Of a stretch of DNA of 64,000 nucleotides, positions 19,469-28,832 are shown piece after piece. Positions within the stretch are counted from its first letter, which is position 1, and every line of letters begins with the position of its first letter. The position numbers and the translations under genes were made by a program. Source of the DNA: an uncultured Thermoleophilia bacterium (GTDB lineage: Bacteria > Actinomycetota > Thermoleophilia > UBA2241); assembly GCA_963702475.1 (NCBI GenBank), contig CAVPCT010000004.1, positions 160,001-224,000 of the forward strand, written 5' to 3'. A model generated the notes under the pieces. The model worked only from the letters and a program-made list of their open reading frames with translations, did no database searches and was not told the origin of the DNA.

Positions 19469-20863
19469 TCACGAGCCGCGCTCCCTGTCGGCCTGCGCCA
19501 CCACCGCCCGCATCCGCTGCTTGACATCGGCGTCGATGGCCGGCGGCTCGTGAGTCTCGAGCAGCTCGCACGCCCGGCGACGGGCGCGCTCGTACATGTC
19601 GCTCGCGCCGTCCGCTGCCCACTCCTCGCGCACGCGGCGGTCCATGATCCGCGGCTGGCTCTGCTCGCGCATGTGAGCGTAGGTGCTCGGCAGGCTCAGG
19701 AAGTCGCCGAAGGGCCCCACGGCGGCGATGTCGGAGCCGCCGAGCGTGTCGCGGGTGACGGCGATGCCACCCAGGAAGTGGCGGATCATGGCGATCCACT
19801 CGTCGTCCATGACGAGTACGGCAGGATCGAAGGTGACACCCGATTCGGTCATCCCCGCTCCGTAGACGTCGCTGGCCCCTGCCAGCGCCACTGCCAGAGC
19901 GGTGAGGGTCTTCTCGTGACCCAGCTGGGCGTCGCCGAGCTTGGAGTCGCCCTACGCACCGGCGATGCAGCTCGGCAGGCGGTACTGCTTCGACAGCTGG
20001 GCCACGGCGGCGCCGATGAGAGCCAGCTCGGGTGAGCCCACCGAGGCGGCGGCGTAGCGCAGGTCCATGGACGTGGTCGAGGATCCGTAGATGACCGGCA
20101 CCCCGCGCTCGGTGAGTTGCGCCAGCGTGATGCCGGCAAGGACCTCGGCGTTGTTCATCACCAGCGTGCCGGCCAAAGTGACCGGCGCCGAGCCCCCCGC
20201 CATGGCCATCGAGAGGATGCAGTCCGAAAGGCCCAGCCGCGCGCACTCGACGATCACCTCGGTGACGTCGCGCGGCAGCGTCAGCGGGCTCACCGGGCAG
20301 GTCCCGAAGCTCACGACCTCGTCGTCGCGCAGAGCGTCGAGGCTGCCGACGATACAGGCTCCCAGCTCGGCGCAGACGCGCACCTCCCAGCCGCTGGTCG
20401 CCTCGGTGCCGACCTGCTTGGTCGTGCTCAGCAGGGCGGCCTCGCAGCCGTGCACGGCGGCCGTGGCGGCCGGCACGTCGGTCGGCCGGACGGCGGCGGC
20501 GTAGCTGTCGATGTTGACCAGGGCGTCGACGAGAAGGGCGGCGTCGGCGGCGTCGGCCTTGCGCGGTTCGCGGCGCTCGCCGCTGCGCGGGTCGACGTAC
20601 ATGACGCCCTCGTCGAAGTTGCTGAACGTCACCGGCTCGTCCTCGTCGGGGGGGCAGGCGGCGATCGCCGCCTCGACGACCTCGCCGGGGATCCGCACCA
20701 CTCCGGTCTCGCAATCGATGCTCGCGCCGCCGTCGGCGAAGATGTCGCGCGCCTCGTCGTCCTCGACGAAGACCCCGGTCTCTTCGAGCACCCGCAGCGT
20801 CTGCGAGTGGATGGCGTCGAGGTCGCCGGCGGAGAGGACCTCGAGCCGCAAGGCGGGGGTCAT
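19469..20863 (-). CDS. mttB: Pyrrolysine-type trimethylamine:corrinoid methyltransferase; in-frame TAG at 19952-19954 (codon 304)
   Basis: ORFs 19952..20995 and 19469..19891 are in the same frame, separated only by one TAG: VGSPELALIGAAVAQLSKQYRLPSCIAGA-(TAG)-GDSKLGDAQLGHEKTLT...YGAGM. This matches the Pyl-site context of methanogen MttB. Confidence 0.9.
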
Positions 20864-21168
20864 GACGACGCACCACCCTGGTCGCCGCGCAGCGACCGCA
20901 CCCGGCCGCGGAAACGCTCGACGCAGTTGATCGGCAGGTCGAGCAGCTCGGCGATGCTGAACTTGGCCTCCGTCGCCGTCGGCTCGCCGACGCACTCGTT
21001 CTCGAGCTCGGTGAGGCGGCCGATGCCGTTCATCCCCGAGGCCAGCATGTGCACCAGGTGCACACCCAGGGCGTCTCCGGAGCCCATCTACAAGCCAGCG
21101 TAGTCGACCAGGTCCTGCGTCTGGTGCTGGTGATCCTCATGCGATTCCTCCGCCGATTCGAGAGGCAT
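20860..21168 (-). CDS. Mini or remnant dimethylamine methyltransferase (MtbB)-like ORF with in-frame TAG at 21088-21090
   Basis: MPLESAEESHEDHQHQTQDLVDYAGL-(TAG)-MGSGDALGVHLVHMLASGMNGI...AKFSIAELLDLPINCVERFR resembles the MtbB Pyl site (DGI-Pyl-IGVGDP.G....H.MASGM.GI) and its C-terminus. Its TGA overlaps the mttB ATG (ATGA). Confidence 0.65.
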
Positions 21169-21293
21169 GGGACAGCGGCAGACCTCGGACGAGGCCGCTG
21201 GTCCGCCCGGTGAATGTCAGATCCTCTGCCATCTGAACACCCCGGATGCGCCTTGACCGTGCGGCCGGCCGCGCTGTGCACAGCAGTTCGGCA

Positions 21294-21321
21294 ACCATAC
21301 GATGGGCTCCAGCCCTATCAA
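21294..21321 (-). promoter_or_regulatory. Sigma70-like promoter (TTGATA-16nt-TATGGT) upstream of the Pyl methyltransferase genes
   Basis: Minus strand TTGATA gggctggagcccatcg TATGGT; a perfect palindrome GCTGTGCACAGC lies just downstream at 21273-21284. Confidence 0.55.
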
Positions 21322-21432
21322 CGGCAGACGCCCCCCGCCGGCGGCATCCGGAGCGCCCGGCATCTTCCGGTCCGCCTGCGGCCTCGACGAAGGACCCATC
21401 CCACGCGGATCCGCGGGAGCACGGGGCCCTGC

Positions 21433-22662
21433 TCAGACGTTCGTCGTCACCTGCTTGTGGATGACTACGTCCCACGCCGCGATCCCACGGAAGAAGGCTC
21501 TCCTCTCTTCCTTGTCGAGGACCTCACAGGGGAAGACGCCGGTGCGCCGAATCTGCCCCCGAAGCAGCATCAGCGACAGAACCGACGCCGGGATGGAGGT
21601 GATCCAGGAGACGTCGTTGGTCCCCGGGATCGTGGCGCACGCCTTCGTGACGTCCGGGCTGTCGGTCCACATCTTGTAGTGCATCATCTGGCCGGCCTTC
21701 GTGCCCTCGACGTCGACGGCCAGCACGGCCTGGCTCTTGATCCTTCCGGCCTCGACGAGCTCCATGCAGCGCCGCGGCGTCAGCGTCTTCGGCAGCTGCC
21801 CGCAGAAGACGTCCTTGACGGTCAGCGCCGGGTCGGTGCCGGCGACGGGCTTCTCGTCCATGAGGCCGAGCCCCTCGATGAGGAACTGCCACATGCTGCT
21901 GCTGGGGTCGCCCATCTTGAAGTCCACGTACCTCACCGGCTTGCCGAGGAACGCGGGGATGGTCACCGGCTCCTCGTGACAGTGGTAGTAGACCGTACCG
22001 GTGACACCGAGCGGCGCCGGAAAGTAGTAGTCCTCCTCGCCGGAGAACGGCGCCGCCCGCTTGTACTCGCCGTCTTCCCAGTAGACGGCCTCGTCGGCGC
22101 AGTCCTCCAGGTACGTCTGGAAGGACCATCCGGCGACCGGCTCGTCGCACTCTGCGACGCCGTAGTCTTTGATGCGGATGCTGTCGACCTCGTCCAGCTC
22201 GTCGGCGGCCTCCCTGGCCATCACGTTGACCAGCCCGGCGTCGCCGCCGGCCAGGATGATGGCCGTGAGGCCCTTGGCCTCGAACTCCCCGGCGTACTCG
22301 AGCTGTTCGACCAGGAACCGCTTGCCGTCACGCTCACCCAGCATCTCGTTCGAGGCCATGTCGATGTAGCTGATCCCGGCCTCCAACGCCGCCTCGATGA
22401 TCTGCCGGTTGAACGTCATCAAGGTGGCATTGACCACCAGGTCGTAGTGCCCGTGCGTGAACAACTCGACCAGCTGGGCCTTGTTCGACGCATCAACTCG
22501 CCCGGCCTCGATCTTCTCCGAGTCGACGAACCGGGCGACCTCCGCGGCCCGTTCGGCGTCCAGGTCGACGAGCAGGATGCGGTCGATCTCCGGCGCTCGT
22601 GCGAGGACGCCGCAGATCACGTTACCCTGGGCTCCGGCTCCGACGATGACGACCTCAGTCAT
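21433..22662 (-). CDS. Saccharopine dehydrogenase / carboxynorspermidine dehydrogenase family oxidoreductase
   Basis: VVIVGAGAQG Rossmann motif, LVVNA...N..I.EAALEAG.SYIDMA, G.DAGLVNV.A, WS..T and HEEPVTIP. Confidence 0.85.
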   Translation of the reverse strand: MTEVVIVGAGAQGNVICGVLARAPEIDRILLVDLDAERAAEVARFVDSEKIEAGRVDASNKAQLVELFTHGHYDLVVNATLMTFNRQIIEAALEAGISYIDMASNEMLGERDGKRFLVEQLEYAGEFEAKGLTAIILAGGDAGLVNVMAREAADELDEVDSIRIKDYGVAECDEPVAGWSFQTYLEDCADEAVYWEDGEYKRAAPFSGEEDYYFPAPLGVTGTVYYHCHEEPVTIPAFLGKPVRYVDFKMGDPSSSMWQFLIEGLGLMDEKPVAGTDPALTVKDVFCGQLPKTLTPRRCMELVEAGRIKSQAVLAVDVEGTKAGQMMHYKMWTDSPDVTKACATIPGTNDVSWITSIPASVLSLMLLRGQIRRTGVFPCEVLDKEERRAFFRGIAAWDVVIHKQVTTNV

Positions 22663-22757
22663 GGTGACTTCTCCTTCACGTCACTCTGGCGCCCGTGAGC
22701 GCCCTTCCCACGGCCCGGCCGGTCGCGCCGGCCCGCTCTTGGCGCGAAAGCCCCGCG

Positions 22758-22785
22758 ACCATACGATGGGCGCCATCTTTGTCAA
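22758..22785 (-). promoter_or_regulatory. Sigma70-like promoter (TTGACA-16nt-TATGGT)
   Basis: Minus strand TTGACA aagatggcgcccatcg TATGGT upstream of 22662; the spacer contains the inverted repeat GATGG-n3-CCATC. Confidence 0.6.
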
Positions 22786-22818
22786 CAGGAGACTCGCCCC
22801 GTCCGGGCAGGAGCCGTC

Positions 22819-23457
22819 ATGCCGGAAGACGCCGCCAGGGACCCGCTAGACGAACTGCACCCCACCGCCAGGGCGATCCTCGTCGCCGCCCGCACCGTGC
22901 TGCGCGAGCGCGGCATGGCCGGACTCACCATCGAAGCGGTCGCCAACGAGGCCAACACCAGCCGCACCCAGATCCCCTATCACTTCGGCAGCCGGGCCGG
23001 CCTCGTCGAGGCGCTCTTCGACTGGCTGTTCCACGAGGTCTGGATGCGCTTCCTGCGTCCCCCGGGGGAAGCCCGGACGATGACGATCCACGAGGCGCTG
23101 GAGTGGAGCCGCCAGGAGATGGCCGACCTGGCCGCCGTGCGCGACGCCTGGGACCTGGTCGTGCACTCGCTGCGCGACGAGATGGCCCGCAGACGTCTGG
23201 TCATGCTCTACGCGCGCGACCGCCGGCTCGAGGTCGAGACGATCGGCCTCGGCCCGGGCGCGCCCTCCGGCGGGCCCGACCCTGAGGCCGAGCGCCGCAG
23301 CGACGCGATCGGCGCCGTGCTGCTGGCGATCGACGAGGGTCTCGGGCTGCAACTCGCCATCGACCCGGACTTCGACCTCGACGCCGCGCTCGGCGCGGCC
23401 GAGGAGATCCTGACGCACGGACTGGCCGAACCGCACGGCGAGAGGGACGCCGGATAG
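22819..23457 (+). CDS. TetR family transcriptional regulator
   Basis: ILVAARTVLRERGMAGLTIEAVANEANTSRTQIPYHFGSRAGL helix-turn-helix. Confidence 0.88.
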   Translation: MPEDAARDPLDELHPTARAILVAARTVLRERGMAGLTIEAVANEANTSRTQIPYHFGSRAGLVEALFDWLFHEVWMRFLRPPGEARTMTIHEALEWSRQEMADLAAVRDAWDLVVHSLRDEMARRRLVMLYARDRRLEVETIGLGPGAPSGGPDPEAERRSDAIGAVLLAIDEGLGLQLAIDPDFDLDAALGAAEEILTHGLAEPHGERDAG

Positions 23458-23523
23458 CCGCGGCGAGAGAGTCCCTCACCACGCCGCGCTTTCGTCCCGT
23501 GGCCGACGCAGTCGGCCTCAAGG

Positions 23524-25380
23524 CTATTCGACGGCCTCCTCCCGCCTGGAACGTCGATCGATCACCAACCAGATGACAACGCCGGCGATCGCGGCCGCCA
23601 CGCCGATTGCGATGACCGCCGCGATCGAACGGGAATCGCCGCCCCCGTCGCCGGACTCGTCTGTGGGCTTCAGGTTGAGGTAGGTCTCGACGTTCTGGGC
23701 GGTGTAGAAGACCGGCCCCGTGCCGCCTGCCCTGCCGCCGTATCCGAGCGGGGTCCACCCCTCCCAGTCATCGCTGTCGTAGGCTTGCAGGCGGTACGGG
23801 TAGGCGAGCACTGGATAGACGGCCTCTTCGTACATGATCTCCTGCATGCGCTGGATCATCTCGGCGCGCTGCTGAGGGTCCGTGACGGTGGCCTGTACGT
23901 CCGACAGGCGATCGTACTCGGCGTTCGACCAGCAGGGTTCGTTCCAGTTGCCGATCTGCTCAGTCACGAACATCCGCGCCGTCTGAGCGGGGTCAAGATA
24001 GCCCAGAGTGGCGTAGATGAAGGCGTCGAAGTCGGGTACGTAGACGCCGTCCTCGTAGTTCCAGAAACGCTCGTCGATGGCACCGACATCCATCACCGTG
24101 AAGTCCACGTCGACGCCGATGTCCTTCCACCAGCCCGCGATCAGCTTTCCCTCGGACTGGTCCGGCGGGCTGGTGGCGGCAGCCCAGAGTCGCAATGTGA
24201 TCGGCTCGCCGCTCTTGTCCTCGCGCACGCCGTCGCCGTCGGAGTCCTCGTAACCGGCGGCGTCGAGCGTCTGGCGAGCCTTCTCGAGATCGAACGCCAG
24301 CTCCTGCTCGGCCGGCGGCTGCCAATGGAAGTCGGGGTCGGACCAGGTGCCGGGATTGACGATGGTCGTGCCCGGCTCGGCCATCCCGCTCCAGGCGACG
24401 TCGACCAGCGCCCGGCGATCGATTGCCCGACAGAGGGCGCGGCGGAACTCGCGGTCGCGCAGCACCGGGTTCCCCTTCGACGGCCCCTCTTTGCAGTTGA
24501 AGCTCAGGTAGTCGAAGGCGGACACGTTCCACTCAGACGTGCCGAAGGCGCCATCCCCCTTGAGCCCCGCGAACTGCGCCTTGGGGATCCCCTCAGCGCC
24601 GTCGATCGCGCCCAGCTTCAGATCCTGGGTCATCGTGTCGGCGGTGGTGTACGTCTGGAAGACGATCTCGTCGACGGTCGGCTGCTTGCCCCAGTAGTCG
24701 GGGTTGCGCACCATCCGCACGTAGCCGCCCTTCTTGACCTTGACCACTTGATAGGGCCCGCTGCCGACGATCGGCGGCTTGCTGACGTACCAGGACTGCG
24801 CCTCGTCCGGCTTGACCTCCTCCCAGATGTGCCTGGGCAGGATGGGGATGGCGGTGCCGGCGGCCAGCATGTCGGCCTTAGGCTTCGAGCAGACGATCCT
24901 CACCGTCGTGAGGTCGACCGCCTCGACGTGGTCGATGCCGGCCGTGAGCAGGGCGAAGTTCCACAGCTCGCCTCGGACGATGTAGTTGTACGTGAACGCC
25001 ACGTCCTCGGCGGTCAGCGGCTTGCCGTCCTGCCACTTGGCGTCCGGCCTGATGGGCACGGTCCACACCTTGCCGTCGGGTGAGATGCCGCCGTTCTGCA
25101 CGGTCGGCCGTTCGCTCGCCAGTTCGGGCCCCCGAGTACCGTCAGGTCGCTCCGCGAAGAGGTAGTCGTACTGCAGCGACCAGATCTCGTAGGAGGAGTC
25201 CGAGTACCCGAGGAACGGATTGAGGTTGTCGGGATCCTCCAGCCAGCCGATCCTGAGGGTGACCAAGTCCGGCGGGGGCGATTGCGGCTCGTCGTCGGCC
25301 AGCGCGACAGCCAAGCCGGCGCCCTGGCCAAGGGCGAGCGCCGCCACGGTGAACAGGAGGAGACCCAGCGTTGACTTCAC
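23524..25380 (-). CDS. Peptide/nickel-type ABC substrate-binding protein (family 5) with C-terminal membrane anchor
   Basis: Signal peptide, NLNPF, KWQDGKPLTAEDVAFTY, VGSGPY, RNPDYWG and FRRAL..AIDR, plus a C-terminal hydrophobic helix followed by basic residues. Start codon uncertain. Confidence 0.85.
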   Translation of the reverse strand: MKSTLGLLLFTVAALALGQGAGLAVALADDEPQSPPPDLVTLRIGWLEDPDNLNPFLGYSDSSYEIWSLQYDYLFAERPDGTRGPELASERPTVQNGGISPDGKVWTVPIRPDAKWQDGKPLTAEDVAFTYNYIVRGELWNFALLTAGIDHVEAVDLTTVRIVCSKPKADMLAAGTAIPILPRHIWEEVKPDEAQSWYVSKPPIVGSGPYQVVKVKKGGYVRMVRNPDYWGKQPTVDEIVFQTYTTADTMTQDLKLGAIDGAEGIPKAQFAGLKGDGAFGTSEWNVSAFDYLSFNCKEGPSKGNPVLRDREFRRALCRAIDRRALVDVAWSGMAEPGTTIVNPGTWSDPDFHWQPPAEQELAFDLEKARQTLDAAGYEDSDGDGVREDKSGEPITLRLWAAATSPPDQSEGKLIAGWWKDIGVDVDFTVMDVGAIDERFWNYEDGVYVPDFDAFIYATLGYLDPAQTARMFVTEQIGNWNEPCWSNAEYDRLSDVQATVTDPQQRAEMIQRMQEIMYEEAVYPVLAYPYRLQAYDSDDWEGWTPLGYGGRAGGTGPVFYTAQNVETYLNLKPTDESGDGGGDSRSIAAVIAIGVAAAIAGVVIWLVIDRRSRREEAVE

Positions 25381-25528
25381 CTGCGAACCCGTTCGGTCCC
25401 CCCTCCGCTGCTCCGACCGGCGAGATGCCCGGAGGTTTCGGCGCGCCTCGGTCAGCCCTGTGGGCGAGCAGCCCAGACCGTGCACAGTCGGCCGCAGAGC
25501 CAGTATCCGACGACATCGCCTGCGCAGC

Positions 25529-25556
25529 ACTGTACGGCGGGCGCAGGTCCTGTCAA
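25529..25556 (-). promoter_or_regulatory. Sigma70-like promoter (TTGACA-16nt-TACAGT)
   Basis: Minus strand TTGACA ggacctgcgcccgccg TACAGT upstream of the SBP gene. Confidence 0.5.
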
Positions 25557-25703
25557 CAGGAAGTCGCGTGATACAGGGGGGGCGCCGCCGACCGGCTCGC
25601 GACCGCCGGACGTGCTCGTCACGTCACCCCCTGCGTCGCCTTCGGGCAGCGGCCACCGCGACGCCGAACGGCGTCCGCACGGCGTCGCAAGGGCCGCTCC
25701 GGA

Positions 25704-26330
25704 TCAGTCCATCTGGTCCCCGCGCCAGACGGTGACACCCTTCGGCGTGGAGATGTTGAGGCAGCGCCGCAGGGCCCGGGACACCGGGTCGGGTGTGCGA
25801 CCTTGGTCCTCCAGCACCTCGCAGCGCTCGATAGCACTGCGAACGGCGCGCGCGCCGGCCGAGCGGATGGGCTCCGGCGGCAGGTAGGTCGGCGGCCTGG
25901 AGACCAGCGGCGACTGCGCGTAGCCGTCGTCGAGTCCCAGGGCAAGCGACGCCAACGTCCGGCCGATCAGGTTGGACGACGAGACGCCGTTGCCGGAGCA
26001 GCCCATGCCGTAGTGGACGTTGCGGTACCTGCCCAGGGAGCCGACCCAGGGGATGCCGTGCTGGGTGCGCTCCATGGGCCCGCCCCACCGCCACTCCACC
26101 GCCAGCGCGCGTCGCCGGCAGCAGGTCGTGCATGTCGGCCACGATCTCGGCGATCTCCCGGGCATCGTGGTAGTGGGCCGGGAGGACGCGGCCGCCGTAC
26201 CCGAGGCGCCCGCCGCCGCGGCCGAACACGACGCGGTCGCCCGCCGTGCGCTGCCCGTAGTGCACCGCGGTGCATCCATCGGCGAAGGGGCGGCCGGTCG
26301 CCCAACCGAGGCGGTCCAGTGCGTCCGCCA
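25704..26330 (-). pseudogene. C-terminal remnant of an FAD-dependent (DAO/PuuB-like) amine oxidoreductase, frameshifted near 26110
   Basis: LDRLGW...DGCTAVHYGQRT...RVVFG in one frame, then WRWGGP...P.VG...NVHYGMGCSGNGV...GRTLA in another; no N-terminal FAD-binding motif. Confidence 0.65.
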
Positions 26331-26332
26331 CC

Positions 26333-26631
26333 GCCGCCGCCTCCAGGCCACAGACGGCCGCGGCCGCGAGCTCGAGGTGATCGAGTTCGACGCGCGCAGC
26401 CGGCCGGTGCTGATCGGGGACACGCCGATCGTGGAGACGTACATCAACTCGTACTTCGCCAACGGCGCGCCGATCGTGCCCACCGGCGGGACAGGCGCCG
26501 ACGACCTCGCCGCCCTGGACGCCTTGCGAGAGATCGCGCCCGGCCGCGAGGTCGTGGGCGTGCCGTGCCCGGTCATCGGCTACGGCGGCGGCGGTGTCCA
26601 CTGCATCACACAGCAGGTGCCGCGAGTCTAG
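26333..26631 (+). pseudogene. C-terminal remnant of an agmatine/peptidylarginine deiminase
   Basis: ATDGRGRELEVI...TYINSYFANG.PIVP...D..AL..L....PGREVVGV.....GYGGGGVHCITQQVP is the characteristic AguA C-terminus; the N-terminal two-thirds is absent. Confidence 0.75.
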
Positions 26632-26729
26632 GCGGACCTCGGGACCGGACTCGTCCGCTCAGGGGCCGGCCTGCTCGGCGAGGTCAGAGACGGCGTGAGA
26701 GAGGGTCCGTGAGGGTCCGTGACAGGCAG

Positions 26730-26806
<77 letters not shown>

Positions 26807-26905
26807 GCGACAGAACGCTGGCGGCCAGCGCGAGGGCCGGCCGCGTCCAGCGGAAGCGCAGTCTAGCATACGGCGAACGGTGCGGCAAAACGCGACCCGC
26901 GAGCC

Positions 26906-28156
26906 TCAGCTGCGTCCGGCGCGCCCGTTCGTCGCCAGGTACTCGACCACCGCCTGCCCGAACCACGGCCTGTCGCGCAGGCCGTGAAGACCGGGCCTGT
27001 CCCCCACCTCGAGTGCGTCGTGATAGGCGCGAAGGATCTCGTCGGTCACGCTGGTCCACGAGAGCTTCCCGGCGGCGGCCAGCCCCGCCGACGCCAGGCG
27101 CAGCCGCAGGAGCGGGTCGCCCAACACCTCGTCCAGCGCCTCGGCGAGAAGCCGCGCCCGGTCGGGCGCCACGAGCCGCCCGCAGGCGCCGTCCTGCAGC
27201 ACCGCGCGGTATCCGGGCAGGTCCGAGGCCACCACGGGCACGCCGGCGGCCATGGCCTCCGCCAAGACGATCCCGAAGCTCTCGGCCGTCAGTGACGGTG
27301 CGCAGACGACCTCGGCCTCGCCCAGTTGCCGCACCTTCTCGGCATCGTCCACCCAGCCCAGCGGCTCCACGCCGGTGAGGTCGACGCGGGAGCCGAGGCC
27401 GTTGCGGGCGGTCTGGGCGGAGCGCACGGCGTCGATGACCTGCCGGCGGTTCGCGCCGGCGACGACGAGGGTGGCGTCCGGCCGGCGGCGGCGCAGCCGG
27501 GCGAAGGCCTCGACCAGCACAGCGAGCCCCTTGCGCCGTTCGGCGCGCCCGATGAACAGCACCCGACCCGGGACTTTGGCTGCAGCGACCGCCGGCGCAT
27601 ACTTCTCCACCGCCACGCCGTTGGGGATGATGCGGTACTCGCCGGGGAACATGCGCCCCGGGTACACCTTCGCGGCGGGCGACACGGCGATGCGCACATC
27701 GATGCGCTGCACGAGCCGCCTCACGACGGGCTCCATGCTCGTGTACCCGGGCGAGAAGTCCAGGGCGGCGTGGAACGTGCCGACGACCGGGCACGTGGAG
27801 AGCGCCACGGCGATCGCAGACACGAGCGGCGTGCAGGGTTCGTGCACGTGAAGCACGTCGAACTTCATCTGCCTCACGGCCCGGTCCATGCGGAGGATCG
27901 CGCGCGGGTTGCAGCTGATGTAGGCGCGGGAGCCGTTAGTGGGCACGGGGAGGGCGGTGCCCATGGGGATGAAACGCTCGGCCGCGCGTTGCCGCCGGCT
28001 GTCGACGGCGCGCCGTCGCGGTGTCAGCGCCCCTACGGGGGCGATGATCCAAGGCTCGTTGCCGCGCGCCTCGAGCTCCTCGGCGAGATGCTCGATGTGC
28101 TGGTTGACGCCTCCCGGCACCGTCCAGGAGTACGGCGAGACGAGCCCTATGCGCAC
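26906..28156 (-). CDS. GT4 glycosyltransferase, PimA-like (phosphatidyl-myo-inositol mannosyltransferase)
   Basis: MRIGLVSPYSWTVPGGV, DVLHVHEP, VGTFH, IIPNGV, FIGR.ERRKG and ESFGIVLAEAMAAG motifs. Confidence 0.85.
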   Translation of the reverse strand: MRIGLVSPYSWTVPGGVNQHIEHLAEELEARGNEPWIIAPVGALTPRRRAVDSRRQRAAERFIPMGTALPVPTNGSRAYISCNPRAILRMDRAVRQMKFDVLHVHEPCTPLVSAIAVALSTCPVVGTFHAALDFSPGYTSMEPVVRRLVQRIDVRIAVSPAAKVYPGRMFPGEYRIIPNGVAVEKYAPAVAAAKVPGRVLFIGRAERRKGLAVLVEAFARLRRRRPDATLVVAGANRRQVIDAVRSAQTARNGLGSRVDLTGVEPLGWVDDAEKVRQLGEAEVVCAPSLTAESFGIVLAEAMAAGVPVVASDLPGYRAVLQDGACGRLVAPDRARLLAEALDEVLGDPLLRLRLASAGLAAAGKLSWTSVTDEILRAYHDALEVGDRPGLHGLRDRPWFGQAVVEYLATNGRAGRS

Positions 28157-28169
28157 CCGGCCGCCCCCC

Positions 28170-28796
28170 TCACTCGTCGCGGTCGAGCCAGAAACGCTTC
28201 CACCACCCCGTCGCCGACGCAGGGAGCGGAGCGCCGGCCGTGCCCTTGAGACGCGCCGCGAACAGGATGGCTATGAGCGCCAGTGGACCGAGGGCGCGCG
28301 CCGGCCGCCGCGGGTGGAGCGCCAGGCTCGTCAGCGGCAGCGAGAGCGCTGTCACCGAGACGGCTTCGGCGTGGTGGTGCAGCAGGCTACCGCCGACGAG
28401 CGGGATGCAGTCGATGGCCATCATCGGTGCATCCATGGCGAACGCCGCACCGAGGGCACAGGCCGCGCCGCGTCCCTTGACCACGGCGATGTGACCGACC
28501 ATGGCGCTGAGCCCGATGGCGGCCACAGCGCCGTCCCCGGCTCCGGCCAGCTTCGCCGCCTCCGCCGGGGCAAAGGCTTTGACCGCGTCCAGGGCGAGCA
28601 CCGCGGCTCCGGCCTTCACGCCCACGCTCCGCGCGACGTTGGACGAGCCGGGCTTGCCGTCGCCGATGTCGTCCAGCGATTCGCCGGTGAGCGCCCGCGT
28701 GAGCAGGCGGCCCGTCGGGATGCAGCCGGCGGCGAAGCCGGCTCCCATCCAGAGCGCGGTACGGACGACACCCCAGGGTTTGCGGTCACGCGGCAC
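28170..28796 (-). CDS. Glycerol-3-phosphate acyltransferase (PlsY-like)
   Basis: GCIPTG...GDGKPGSSNVAR..G, LDAVKA, VGH and KGRG.A motifs; hydrophobic protein. Confidence 0.7.
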   Translation of the reverse strand: MPRDRKPWGVVRTALWMGAGFAAGCIPTGRLLTRALTGESLDDIGDGKPGSSNVARSVGVKAGAAVLALDAVKAFAPAEAAKLAGAGDGAVAAIGLSAMVGHIAVVKGRGAACALGAAFAMDAPMMAIDCIPLVGGSLLHHHAEAVSVTALSLPLTSLALHPRRPARALGPLALIAILFAARLKGTAGAPLPASATGWWKRFWLDRDE

Positions 28797-28832
28797 GGCG
28801 GGCCCCTTCGCTCAGGACTGCGTGGCTGGCGC

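Noticed and set aside
26699-26722. GAGGGTCCGT tandem duplication next to tRNA-Asp, considered as a CRISPR or att signal
   Set aside because: Only two 10-bp units with no spacers; no CRISPR array was seen anywhere in the window.
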